Origin: Trichosphaerium sp. ATCC 40318 | Taxonomy: Eukaryota > Protista > Tubulinea | NCBI GenBank assembly: GCA_038496445.1 | Contig: JALMLS010000484.1 | Span: forward strand, 124,001 to 188,000 | Length of the DNA: 64,000 nucleotides | Reading direction: 5' to 3' | Shown here: positions 33,998 to 47,150 of the stretch, one piece after another | Position numbering within the stretch: position 1 is the stretch's first letter | Layout: each line of letters starts with the position of its first letter | Made by a program: the position numbers and the translations under genes | The notes under the pieces: model-generated | What the model was told of the DNA's origin: nothing | The model's input: only the letters and a program-made list of their open reading frames with translations | Database searches by the model: none

Positions 33998-36938
33998 ATG
34001 AGTACGCGTAAGAGAAAGCGTACATCAAAAGAAGCACCAAGTAAACGCGCTTGTAAGCTATGCAGGGCAAGACACAAGAAGTGTAACGGACAGCGTCCCT
34101 GTGAGCGTTGTATTGAACTAAAAGTGAAATGCAGCTATGCTAGACCAAGAAAACGAGGACCAGTGCAAGGTAATGTTGTAACATCTGCGAAAATGGCACT
34201 TGTATTTATCTAGCGTGGTTTTATATAAAGGCGCTAACAGGAAGTAACAAACGGTTTTTTTTTTTTGTTTAATTTATTTTCTTTTTTCACTTGAGTGACT
34301 TTGTTCCGGATAGGACATAGAGTTACAATGTTGGAAGAGTTGGAAACTGTAAGATTACAATTGGAAGAACAAAAAAGAGAAGTAGTAAGATTAAAGACAC
34401 TATATGATAAAGCTACAGCTTCTCCTGTGCGTAAAAAAGTTAATTGCTCAATGTAGAAAGCGAATCCTTTTTATTTTTTGTTTTTTCTCACAGAATTTTT
34501 GATGCGCTAGTTGTAGGTAAAAGATTGGGTTTTACAAGCACGTATAGGACTTGTATCTAATATTAATGGGTACATGAACTTATACAGAAATATCATGGAC
34601 CCATGGCATGTGCGTGAATCAAACGTTTACGATTTTTTTTTCGGATTTTTTATTAAAGTATACCAAAAACGAAATATCACGTGCTTTGGTACATATAAAA
34701 CGTTACTTTGTGAATACATTTCGCTTGACGAATTACTTTTTTAGTAGATAATTCATAAACAGGATGAAAATACTGACCTTGTTTTAAGGCTTCACCTGTA
34801 CCTGTGTTTGATACAAGGACAATTCTCGATGCTTTGCATGAAGATAACAGTAAGCACCTTTTTAATGTGCATCAAAAAATGCGCTAGAACTTTTTACGAT
34901 TCTCAGTAATTAAACCAACAATCACCCTACGCTACCAAGTCTCCTTTGTGCCGAGAAATACCTTGGGAGTTGTACACACTTTAAACTTGTTGTTGACAAA
35001 AAAAAACAAAAAAATAACGTAAGTAACCGAAATTTCAGAGTGGCTTCATGATCCTTCAATGCTTGAGAATTTGGCTTGTATGGCTTGGGGAGCAAGGCTT
35101 ACAGGTTATATAAATCATGCAGATAAATTTATTGATATGGGCAAACAGATTCTGCGTAACCTTGTTGATACCAAAGACCCTATCGTTGCGCGTGCGTTAT
35201 TTTTTTTCCGAACATGACGAATTCATAACCCTTTTATTAATATTATCTAGTTGGTGCCTACACTCTTGGTATATACGTTAACACCATTGAAAATGGAGCA
35301 GATGGTCAGTTCTATCTTCAAATAGCTCACGGTATAGTCACATGTCACTCGTGATTTTCGCAGTTCGGAATATAAAAAATCCCGGTAGTTGTTTTCTTAT
35401 TTTCTTTCATTAGGTGTTACAAACCATCTAAAGCATGCTCTTACTAGCGTTGATGATAAAGAATCCACTGATCTTATTGAACGTTTAGATACAAACTTTC
35501 TTTTACACCACAAAGACATCCTAAACAGCTCACGGTAAACTACCTTGTAGTTGCTAGCCAACTCATTTTTCCTTCTGCAGTGAAGATATCGTTGATATAC
35601 ACGAAAGAGTACTACAGAGAGTATCTAAACTTAGCTATGGACCTAATGCTAGGCCTCTAAAACAAGTTGAGATTATACAGAGGTTATGGGCTTCTCTTGC
35701 TGGTGTACGTTAAAAACAATCTTACGACCGGTGGCTCTATGTTACTAAATCACGTGTTTCTAATTCTTTTTTAGATTTGGTTTGGCGTTTCCAAGCTTCC
35801 TTGGTATAGCTCATCATGGGGTGTAGAAAAGGCTGACCTACTGCAATTGGTTAGGCATTTGTTATAGTCTCTTGGTTGTTTGTTGACATGCATTGTTAGT
35901 CGGCAATTGAACACACAGCTTTCATGTGTCAGTTGAAAGAGGCAGAAGAATTTCTCATCCAAGAGATGAGTTCTTCGAGCCCTTTGAATGTAACGTTCTT
36001 TTCTATCCTAATTATGACTCTTACCTCTGTTGTTAATCTCGCAGGATCTTATCACACCATGGCTCTTGAGGTATGACACATTATTTTCGTGTCTTTAAAT
36101 AATTTTTTTTAAGGGAGCTAGAAAAGCTTGGTCCTCATACACTCAATGTCCAAATATTTCATGTTTCCCTGGATGCTACTTTACAGCTTACAACTGTTGC
36201 TTTATCGCAATAAGAACAAATGACCAGTTATTGTTTTTAGAGGTATGCAACGCAAACATTTCGCAAACACGAGCTTTTTTCTGACTGTTTCTAAAAAGAC
36301 GTTTCGAACAATGATTGACTTGGCAAACACTTGGAGAACATCTAATATGCTCACAAAGTAAGCATATTATTATGTTATACTATTGTAGTAAATATTCAAT
36401 GTAGAGCTCTCTATGATGAAGCTATCGCGTATGGATATGATATGTCACATTTTAAAGATACAATTGAAGAAATACAAAGAACCAAACCAACAAATATTGT
36501 TGAAGTGTACGTTAACCCTGCACGTGATTTTTCCCTTCGTTTGATATTCTCGCGCCAAAAAACCGTATATTCTCGATCACGTGCGGTCAAACTTCTAAAC
36601 ATCAATAAGAGAAGCAATAACAAATTCTAGCTCTTTTTTTTTCTTTTTTTGGAGTTTCTCGTTTTTTCTAATGTTGGTGTAGTGTCACTAGTCCTCGGAA
36701 TGCGTCTGATGTACAAGTAAAAGTACCAGACATTAATTTAATTTGTAGCAACGAACCAAAGATAGACTTGACAGTAGAGAGATGTCAACCAGAATTTAGC
36801 TCTTTTTTTGATGAAAAACAAGAAGAAATCATAGATTCATTCTTAGTACCAGAGTATAAAGATAATATCCTTTTCGGAGATGAAATAGAAATACAAAACA
36901 CAGACATAAGTCATGACTCTCCATTACAGTATTTTTAA
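33998..36938 (+). CDS. Zn(II)2Cys6 transcription factor, multi-exon
   Basis: ACKLCRARHKKCNGQRPCERCIELKVKCSY..RKRGP, then a coiled-coil exon and many short exons. The 3' end is less certain. Confidence 0.85.
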
Positions 36939-37311
36939 AATTTTACAACTAGAGACACGTCAGTGCTACTCTTTCAAAAAAAAACTGTAAGAAAAAATCC
37001 AGAAAAATAAAATAAAATAGTAATGATTGTCAGTTTATCTACTAGCTGAGACTATTATTCAAGAAGCTAATGAAAGTGTATACTTAAAGGGTAGAATACT
37101 TGCTCCAGAACTAGCTATACGCGATTATTGGGAGGAAAGATGTGTTAGTGGCTATTAGCACATCATTGAATTGTACAGTTTGGCTACTTATTGACGCAAT
37201 GTTTCGTGATTGCCAAAATGTAGACAATTTGTAGAAAACCTGAAAATTACTGTATATTTACAAGACAAACATATGTTTATTAACATCATAAGGTCAGTGC
37301 ACTAGCCAAAG

Positions 37312-40300
37312 TCAGAGTACTTGACTATTTTTAGTATCTGTCATACTGCTCTTTGCACCCTTTGATACATCTGTTTGATGTGTAGAGTCAGAGTATGAAC
37401 CATTAAGCGTTTTGACAAAGCGATGTATCTTATACAGAAAAAGAACATTTACAGTGATAGCTAGAAAAAAACAAAGACAAAAAGTCAGGACTCAAAACCA
37501 AGCATAAAAAAAGCTTACCAGCGCCTAACATGACAAACGAAGATACTAGTATAAACTTTGTATACCTTTCAATATCATTGGGAATAGATAGAGCAACGCA
37601 TATGATTGAGAAGAAGAGCACGTTGTAAACTGAGTAGAATATGATTTTTGACTCGTTGTAAATCCTCATCGGTATCTCGCGAACTCTGTATGCTAAGAAC
37701 GCTCCAAATCCGAGTAAAACAGCCTAGAATTATTCAATAATAGAAGTCTCCTTTGAATGGCGTACGTTTAATGCAACAAGAAATCCAGCCATTATTGTGA
37801 ATGTTTGATTGGCTGTACACTGATAGTAATTGTAACTTATACGGATTTCATCCACTACTACCTCCTCTCGTCGTATGTCACCGAATGCAGTCTAAGTATG
37901 TAATCTTTAGCATCTGTATCAATAACACTAAGGTACCATAGCAGCAAGAATAATGACATGGACAAGTACAATGCCTAGTACCCATGATAGCACAACTAAA
38001 TTGGAAATTTTGAACACTTCAGTTGTTTTGACACTCCAGAGTCTCTCAATACGGAATGTCTATTCAAAGTAAGTAAAACAATGTACCATTTACTTAACTT
38101 ACTTTAGCAAAGAAAGGTCTAAAAAGAGGTCAGCGATGCAACGTTTAACATAAAAAGTACATACCCAAACAGTAAAATGAAACCTAAATCAGCTAGCCAC
38201 GGTAGAGCAGAGCACGTGAAATTCGTAACAACATTAGGTAGAAAAGCGAATACACTACAATACAGTATGATACTTCCCAGTATTAAAACGCACATAAAAA
38301 CAGGAGAAGAAGCCTAGAAAAGCAGTAAATCAGGCTGCCCGAAAAAAAAAAACCCTGAAAACAAACCTTAATAGATCGATTTAAGTCAGGTGAACATCCG
38401 AACAAGTACACTAGCAGAGTGAATGCTAGCCAGCATAGACTATTTATGATTAATATAATAGACACTGTAACCATTAATATCTCTGTCCAATGACCTATTG
38501 ACAAGTGTCAGGCAAGAAACAAAAAAAACTACATGAGAAATTACCAAATTGTGGATCGAAAACTCGTTCTTTCCAAGTCGGCATAGGAAATACAAGCTGA
38601 GTGTCTTGGATGGACACAGGAGAAACAAGCTTAGGTTTACCATCCCTAACTTGAACCATGGTACTTTCTAGCTGCTGTTGATTAAGAGTATCCCATCCAA
38701 AGGTACCCACAACGGTATCAATCTTCATTCTTACAAGGGTATCAGTTAGTTCGTTTTGCATAAACAAAAATCCACTGTCTTCAGTCTAAAATACACGTGT
38801 TAGGACTCATATCATGTGAACAGTAAAATCAGCTTTATACTTACAACGTTATTTGTCCCGGTACAAGTTCCCTCAAAGTTACTGACACGCAATCGCCCAT
38901 TTGAATCAAGCTGAGTTAAAAAAGTTAGTTGTTGTTTACTTCACTCTAGGCTTTGTGACCTCAAATTTAAAGCCGTTTTTGTCCATTGCTTCAAGACCAA
39001 TCTTAAGTATTAATCCAGGAAGTAGACCATCAAACATAAGAGCTTCCAGTGTAGTATTCATTACTCCTTTGAAGTCTTTAGAAAGATAAGTCATGTTATG
39101 GTAGTAGTCTGTGTTTGGAAAATTGGTATCTCGATCAAACTAAAGCAAACGTTAATGTTGTGTTTCCATATCGGAAATGTCAGTGTCCGTACACTCCTGA
39201 TTGCTGTTTCATAGTCCCAAGGGTCTCCGATAGTTCTGGGATACACAGTAACAAAAGCACGTGGTGTATAGTCTACCTCGCGCATAACTTCGACAATATA
39301 AGGTCCATATGATAGGTTACAATACATCCAAATATCTGGGTCATGTTCTTTAATAATACGAAGGGTCTCGTTCTTAACGTGTGCCCTTATTTCGTTGTAG
39401 AGAGTCCGATTACCAAAATCGAAGCCTGGGTTATGTATACCTAGAAGACACGTGTAAACAAAAAAGAAAACAAAAGCACAACAGTACCAAAATTTTTGAG
39501 GTTCATTGATCCGGACAGTGAGAGACCTTGCTTATTCATCTCCTTTATGAAATCCGGATGTAAGCATCCTTCTTCTGTATGATTACTCCGCTGAATAACC
39601 AACACCGTTTTGGCACCAACAACACGGAAATTTGCTAGTACAATCCTAAAAAAAAAAAAGCTGTAGTTAGTACAAAGCATGTTTTGTGTAACCGTGTACT
39701 CGAATTCTTTGCTAGTGGATATACGCAACGGTAACACACGTCTTCCTTGGAGAGGAATATCGGTGTCTTTGTTTATCCAACTCACTATAAATGCGATTAG
39801 AACACGTGGAGTACTGTTTTTGGTTTTTTATCGCACATAGCATCCATCCTGCGTCTTCTGATACTGCAGCTGCAGCACGTGCCATACGGCCGTTATAAGG
39901 ACCAAATAGAAACGAAATAGTTTTACTATCAATGTAGTCTCTATAAATCTTTGCCACAGTGCTATTAATAAATTCATCATCTGTTACATCATACTCAACA
40001 GTAAGTTGTAAATTACTATTGGTTAGCTAAAATAAAATTACACGTGGCATGGATAAAAAGAGAGAAAAAATGAAAATAAAAGAATCCCATTTTGTTATTC
40101 TTTACCGAGCCGAAAGGTTAGTTTCAGAATTACTCGTTTGGGTGTTTTTTTGTTGATAACTAGCTTTGAAATACACAATTTTGATTTTATACGAAGTTCG
40201 CTCAAGCCATATTCTACGTACGTTTATTGGATTTTTTTGAAGCCAACGCCTGTTATATTCGAACCCAAGCCTTGTTGTTTCGTTAGATACACCTTTGTAA

Positions 40301-40541
40301 ACCTAAATTACGCACAGAAAGTGATCATTAGGTACACTGAACAGCCTTCCTGTATTATTCAAAGGCAGGGTAAACCCTTGAAAGAACAAATAAATTGAAA
40401 AGGCTAAACCCAACTAACGACTCTATACGTACCAACCCTAATTACTCCTGGTTCCGCACGTGACGGGACCGTACTAAATAATAACACGAAAACTACTCCA
40501 AAAAAAATAAGGGAATGTCGGATGCCGAGCAAGGAGTTCAT
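37312..40541 (-). CDS. Family-3 (GABA-B/Grl-like) GPCR: signal peptide, periplasmic-binding-type ectodomain, 7TM
   Basis: FLFGPY and IDTVVGTFGWD in the ectodomain; CSALPWLADLGF, AK-TFRIERLW, FLAYRVREIPMRIYNESKIIFYSVYN in the 7TM_3 region. Confidence 0.85.
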
Positions 40542-41328
40542 AGCGATATACAGGAGAAGTACAATAGAATTTGTGGTTTCAATCAGCTCGATCGTTAGTT
40601 GTTGTTTGTTGGTTTGTATCTGAGGATTGTCTTGAGTAGTTGTTGACGTTAATTTTAGTTTGTCTTTTAGCCTTGTAGTTTTGGTGCAGCAACTTAACGA
40701 ACACAAATAACCTGACACTCTGTGTCTAAATTTACAATGGTCGGGTTGATGCACAGTATTAATAACAAGACATCCATTCTTAGTTATATCATTCTTAGGT
40801 ATATCAAGCTGCGTACATAGTTTCCAACCATGTGTAAACCATAAATTAGTCAGTCCGTGTACATAACAATTCGGTTGGGATTTTTTACATTGATAACTTG
40901 TCTTTACAATATATCAGTTTACACAGGTTCTCGCTTGGTGTTTGTGTTAACACTAAACGTTTTATCCGCTAGTATATCTAAAGGGATGTATGCGCACTCA
41001 ACAAAACCGTTACAGAAATGATGCACAAACCCAAGTATCACGTGATTTTTTTTTACTCTTTTTTTAGAGGAGAGAAGGCGGCACGAACGATCAACCAATT
41101 TTGTATAGCAACTATAAAATGACATGAGTTGAACTTGAGAGCCACAAAGTACCCTCCTAAGCGCCGCTCACAAGCGAAGTGAGTTTGAACTCAATTCGTA
41201 TGCCGTAACAGGATTGTATTTTATGTAAAGAAGTGGTTTCGAACCCTTTTTGGCTGAACAGCAAGCTGGACTTGCGTACAATTCAATCACATGATTTTTT
41301 TACTGAGACTGTCTTTGTTACATTTTTT

Positions 41329-44099
41329 TTATTTACGAGATAGCGATGGGAACTCACTACTGTAGGTTTGTTTTTTACGTTGTGGTACATTATTTTTCTT
41401 GTTATTTACATTGTACCTTTTTCTTCTATATACATCGTTTTGGTCTTTTGCGAATTTAGCCATATGCAGGTATGATTTTCTTCTAGCACGCCAGTTTCTT
41501 GATATATTAACATCAAAATTAAACTCAGTGATTTTCTTTGTAGTATTTAATGTGAAGAGTTTATCAGGTGTCATGTGCATTGCTAGTACTAAAAAAAAAT
41601 TGAGAAATAACAAAACATTAGGTTGTGAGGGTTATGATTAAGTACCTGGTCCTTTGGTATCTACAACATACTTCACAGTAGCGTTGTTGATATCCCAATA
41701 TGTCAAAGTTTGATCACGTGCGGCTAAAGAGGCACGTGGTAAGATAAACGTAAAGCATGAAAAAAGAAAAAAGATAGCTAGGATTTGCTTGACTGCAATG
41801 TACCTGTTATGAGGCGGTGATCTGGCGCGTATGCCATGGATGTAATAACTCTCTTATCTCCCCACAGCGTTGAAACCTCATCTTTAGGCCACCTTAAATC
41901 GTACAGTCTTACATTTCCGTCAATTCCTTCAAAGAAAAATTAGTATTGTTCTTCAAACGTTGTTTCTTACCTCCTGTAACAAGCATTTTGTCTTTGTAGT
42001 AAAAATCAGCAATAGCTGGTCCGTGGTGTTTAACAAGATGAAGTTTTAAATCATTCCCTCTGCTGTCATAAAACAAGACATCAGAGCTTTGTATGGACGA
42101 CATGACTGCTGTATCTCCTTTTTCAGTACAGAACTGAATCTTAGATATAGTCTTGTTGTTATCAAATACAGCGTTGTAACGTATAACTTCTTCAGTTTCT
42201 ACATCAATGATACCGTATTTGGATGACTCGTTGTACAATATTTTATTCGAGGTGTTTGAGTAATCTATAGATGAAATTCCTCGAAAATCTAGGTGCAAAG
42301 TTCTTTGTCAGTTATTGCGCAAGGTACTGAAAATGTACCTTCGAAATATGAGAGTAACTTCATAGAGTGCTTTGAGTACACGCGCATTGTAAAGGTGGTT
42401 GAACTAGAGCAATAGTTAGGAAAGAAGGAAAATTGCTGTTGTTTTTTTTTGTAGGTTGTTCTCTGCTAACCCTACAATGATACTCTCTCCTATAGCCAAG
42501 TCTATGAATTGCGTGTTATCTTGTTTCTTAGTTGTACAAAACCGACCGTCTAAGTAAAATAACAATTGGTAAGATATCTGTGAGTAAGAGGCAAAGGATG
42601 GACGTACAAGTGTCATCACATGGCAAAACATAGATGTGTTCAAAGGCACCAAGATACAAGTTATCTTGATCATACTTCATACAACAAGGTTGTTCGGTAA
42701 TAGCCTTAACTTGAAATCGCTTTCTCTTGTATTTACCAAGCTCCCAGTTCCATCGGGTATAGTAACGTCGTCTTAGAGAGCTCTTTGATTCTGTTCTCTT
42801 TTCAGGAAATGTTCTTAACTCAGGAATAATTTTTTCTTTGTACAATACTGCCATATCCTCTTCATCACTCCAACCATCGTCTTCATCACTAACAACATTA
42901 ACATACTTTAAATGTGATATATAGTCCCGTACGCTTGTTGTGCCTCTGATGTTGAAGCAAGAATGTCAAACTGATTTTCGAGAATCAACTTCCAAAAAAA
43001 GTCTTGCCTATTTTTGTTTAGTTTTCTGATATCAAAAGTTGTCCTGCTCTGTACTCTAGTATATCTTGGAAGTATCTACACACTTTATGTAATTCCATAA
43101 TAGCGCCAGAATGAACGAAACTCAACATAGTCATGAGTACTTCTGGTGGCATGCTGATATGAACAGTGCTATTTTTTTTGTTCCAATTTTCATTTTCAAT
43201 TGCAACTTTATTATCAAGAGCTTTTTGCTCTTTGGGTGCCAAAGCAATAGGCAAATAACCCCTAGGCATCTTGTGAAAAAATCCTATTTCTTCTCTAGCA
43301 CCAAAATTTACTCTAAAACCCACGTGTGAGCACTAAGTACAAGAACAGCGAAGAATATTAATATGCAATTACCTCATTTTAGTGTTTTTGTGACTCAGTG
43401 TAAATGCTGGATACAGTATAGAACCCATTCTTAGATTCTTACATGCCATACCCATACTGAAGCAAAACGTTAGAAAAAATTATAAATGCACTTTCTACAG
43501 GACATCGATTTTCTGCGAGAAAGAAAAAAACAAGGCCACCTCAAACACGTGCCTTTTTCCGTTGAGCCAAAATTCTAAGCTTCTTCTTGTGCTATCAACT
43601 AAAACAGATATGACATCACCTGCCTTTAATTTTCTAGTTCCATAACTTTTCCATCTGTTGTTATGTCCTGATATCGAGAATCAAAGTTAGTGAAAAGAAA
43701 CCAATCATTTTTTTTTTCGAAAAGTTTTTTGATGTTGTGCTTTAGCGTACCAAATGCCATTCGATACGAATCAATGGCCCAAGTCCCTGGTTTACTTCCA
43801 ATACCCATTGGGATAGGTTTAGTCACTTCATACGCGTTACTATTTACAAAACCTTTAAAACGCGTTAATAAGCAGTGATATAATATACTAAGCGTTTACG
43901 TACCGATATGAACGCCGCCGCGGTTTTTTAACAATAAAACCTCGAAATATCGCTTATTACTGCCGTTTATATGAACAGGAGGTATACCGAATACATTCCC
44001 CACTTTATGAGTCGTTTCTACGCAATCCGGTTTAAAAACGACTACAACTTCCTCTTCGTCTAGATTTAGAAGCTGTGAGCACCTTTGAGGGTCTAGCAT
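41329..44099 (-). CDS. SPRY + F-box + WD40-like repeat protein, multi-exon
   Basis: KRYFEV..GVHIG...GDVISVLVD..FWLNGK-SMG..LYPAF..FRVNFG (SPRY); ISMPPEVLMTMLSF (F-box); TRWNWELGKY; WD-like exons. Confidence 0.78.
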
Positions 44100-44448
44100 A
44101 TACGTTATACGGTGTATTACAGACAATAAGCCTTAAACTATGATCCCAACAGAACTTGTGAAATTCACAAACCGACAACCATTCGGTTAATTATTTCACT
44201 GATATTTCCCAGTTTTCATCAACTTTTCTCAGAGTTCAAGATCGTTAACTATTCCCAAGTGTTGTACACAATTATCTGTACAGAAGAAAGATAGTGTTTG
44301 CCAGATCTATATCACTAAACTGCTTGATGATTTGGCGCACGTGTGACGCAACAAGACTTAACAGGTGAAACTCATGAGTTGATAATCGATTCAAGTCACA
44401 ATTTAATACTACCAATAGCCAGTGCTGAACAGATGAGTCGTGTTTATT

Positions 44449-46669
44449 TTATACGCAGTTGGATTCAGTTGCAATGTTTCCTTTGCATTCTTGGTATTTT
44501 TGAAGAGTTTGGTGGAGATCAGCAAGTACGCTTGGACTCGTGGTATTTATCAAGTTTTTCATCTAAAACGTTGAATTATGATCTTATGTTGTCATATTAT
44601 AATTAAAAAATAAGAAATACCTGGTATGGATCGCTATCAATATCATATAATTCTCTGAACTCAATGGATGTGTTAGACCATGTCCACGTGTGATCAAATT
44701 CTATGTAAACAAGATTGCTATTTTCGTTCAAGACACGCAAAGCACGCCAAGTGTTTGAAGACGGATCATCAATGTGCCTGTGTGGTAGTAAGAGTACAAT
44801 TATATGTATGGAAACTAACCGTCACCAACGCCTTTACCAAGTACACACTTTTTATCACCTACCGGCGATCTAGGTCCTTTACCGTTGTGACCATGGTAAG
44901 TGTTATCAGGTACCTATATTCTTGTCAAATACAGTTAAGCAGAAGCCATTGTAGTTTTGGAGTAAATGCTTTGTACCCATATATCTGCGTGGTCATTGTA
45001 CAAAGCTGCAATAGATTTAAACTCTATTAAAAAGTGTTTTCTCCACGCATTCGTATACTTTTGTTTTTCTTCAGGGTCAAAAGGCTTAAAGTACGGGTTT
45101 TCTTCGGAAATAAAGAACGGTGCAAGACTCTTTCCTAAACAAACGTAAGTTATTAAAAGCTGCTTGTGTTGTTTATAAGGCACCATCCATAAATTTTGGC
45201 TTTGCAACTCCAGCTAGATCGAGCATTGTTGGAGTAAAATCAACGTTGCCACTGACTTGCGGAATCTTGGAACCTGGCTTAATACCAGGACCGCGAACAA
45301 TGTAAGGGATACGGATATCAGTTTCATAAGGCTGTAGTTTGGATGTAGCCACGCGCCATTGACCTAGTTTATACCCCTAAGACTAAGATAAGAACTAAGT
45401 CGTAAAGACTCAAAAAGAAAAACAATTGGCGCGCACGTGATCACTTGAGTAAAATATGTATGTATCGTCAAGTACGTCTAGTTTTTCTAGTAGTTGAACC
45501 ACTGAGGATACTATTTCGTCTACAGATATAAGTGAGCTCCACCTATCCTTCATTTGCTGTTCTATCCATTGAGCTGCAAGGTCATTAAAAGGAGGGTTTT
45601 GTCTTATCATATGATGTTTGTCCGGAGAAGATGCATTCCAGTTCGGTGTTACTGGGTATGTCAAGTTTTCGAAAGGAGTGTTTTGAATCCAAGGTGCTGG
45701 GGTAGCAGGGAAGTGAGGTGCATGAGGACCAATATACGCGAAGAAAGGTTGACCTGTCGCGCTGTTAGAATGACAAAAACAAAGTGTTAAAAAGATAGTT
45801 GTGCCTGTTTTAACAATTTCGTTGATCCAAGAGAGAGACCTGTTTCCAAGTTGACTCGTTTGGTATGTCTCTGGCTTCATTTCTAAATGTTCTATATGTT
45901 TAGATCCGTTTGGGTACTTAACAAAGTATTTTTTTGAATAAAAGACATTGAAGTCACACGGAGAGTTTATCATTGTCATTCCAGCGTCTCTTTCCTTTCC
46001 ACAAAAGTACTCTGGCTGGTCGTTTGTAACTTTACCAAATACTCCTTTGAAGAAAATAATGTAAGGTTTAAACGGAAAAAGAGAAGGAAGAGTCGAATCG
46101 AAAAAGCGATGGAAAATTATAACTTGGAAATTTACATCGCTTTCTCTTTTTCTCACCTGTGGCGTAGCCTGCGCTTTCGAGAATACCGAACATACTTGCA
46201 GTTACATTGAATACATTGTCTTCAGCATTAATATGCATACAAGTACCATTGGGAGCGCCAATATTGTGGTAATAGCGCCCTTGTTGTTACAAGTTAAAAA
46301 AAAAAAACGGTTCTAACCGCGTGATCTTATCACGTGCCTGTAATAAATTCTGTTCGGGAAGGACAGCAAACTGGTGTCGCAACGAAAAAGTTCTCGAAGT
46401 ACGCTCCTTCATCAATCAACAGCTTTCTAGTTTCTGGCATCGCCTAAAGCTCATGTAAGCTAATCGTACTGTATTGTTGTAAAAAGGGACTTCAGTTGGT
46501 ACAATAATTATTAAGATCATACCGCAAGCGATCCTATATCCGTGTATTCACGTGGGTTTTCTCCAAGTTGAATATCTTGATCGTCGGTTAATATAAACAC
46601 GAAATTAGGTTGTTTCGCCGCTATAACCATAAAAACGGTAAACAAACATATCGTGTATACAAGTGTCAT
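44449..46669 (-). CDS. Secreted/lysosomal sulfatase, N-acetylglucosamine-6-sulfatase-like
   Basis: [26 protein letters not shown]|RYYHN (formylglycine motif), [17 protein letters not shown]|[15 protein letters not shown]. Confidence 0.93.
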
Positions 46670-46939
46670 TGTTTTGAACTTCTATCGAACAAAAAACGTG
46701 AGTGCACACTCCAACTTAAGTTTGAGAACTATAAGTCACTATCTTCCGTCACGTGACGTGGCTATGTTTAAGGAATTTTGACTTGTCAAATGCCACAGTC
46801 AAAAAAAAAGTAGATTTGGTTTCAACAAACTAAGTTCATCGTTGACTTTGATTCTCACCGTACTTCGTTTTATTCTCGTGAAATCATCTAAAGCATACTC
46901 GTTCGGCCGTTGCTTGCTCTGTTTTACTAACAACGTCTA

Positions 46940-46971
46940 TTGACTATCACAGTGCTTGCTGTGATAGTCAA
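46940..46971. repeat. Perfect 13-bp inverted repeat with 6-nt loop
   Basis: TTGACTATCACAG-tgcttg-CTGTGATAGTCAA. Confidence 0.85.
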
Positions 46972-47150
46972 CCAAAATGCGACTATCCGCTGAACGGTTC
47001 AAGAAACCTCACAATAGGATGCAAACATAAATAATAACTGCAAGTACATAGGGAATATTAAGTTCACAAGCTTATACAAGTTTCAAATGATAGCATACGC
47101 GCGTTGGATGAGTTCCTTATTTATTGATACAAAAGAAATGCAAGGCATTC

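Noticed and set aside
41222-41290. tRNA-Leu-like fragment on the minus strand (gggttcgaaaccacttctttaca)
   Set aside because: Only a T-arm-like motif; D arm, anticodon stem and acceptor stem do not pair. At most a decayed remnant.
46944-46962. Iron-responsive element (CAGTGC)
   Set aside because: The five bases flanking CAGTGC do not pair as an IRE requires; the motif is part of a different hairpin and antisense to the adjacent genes.
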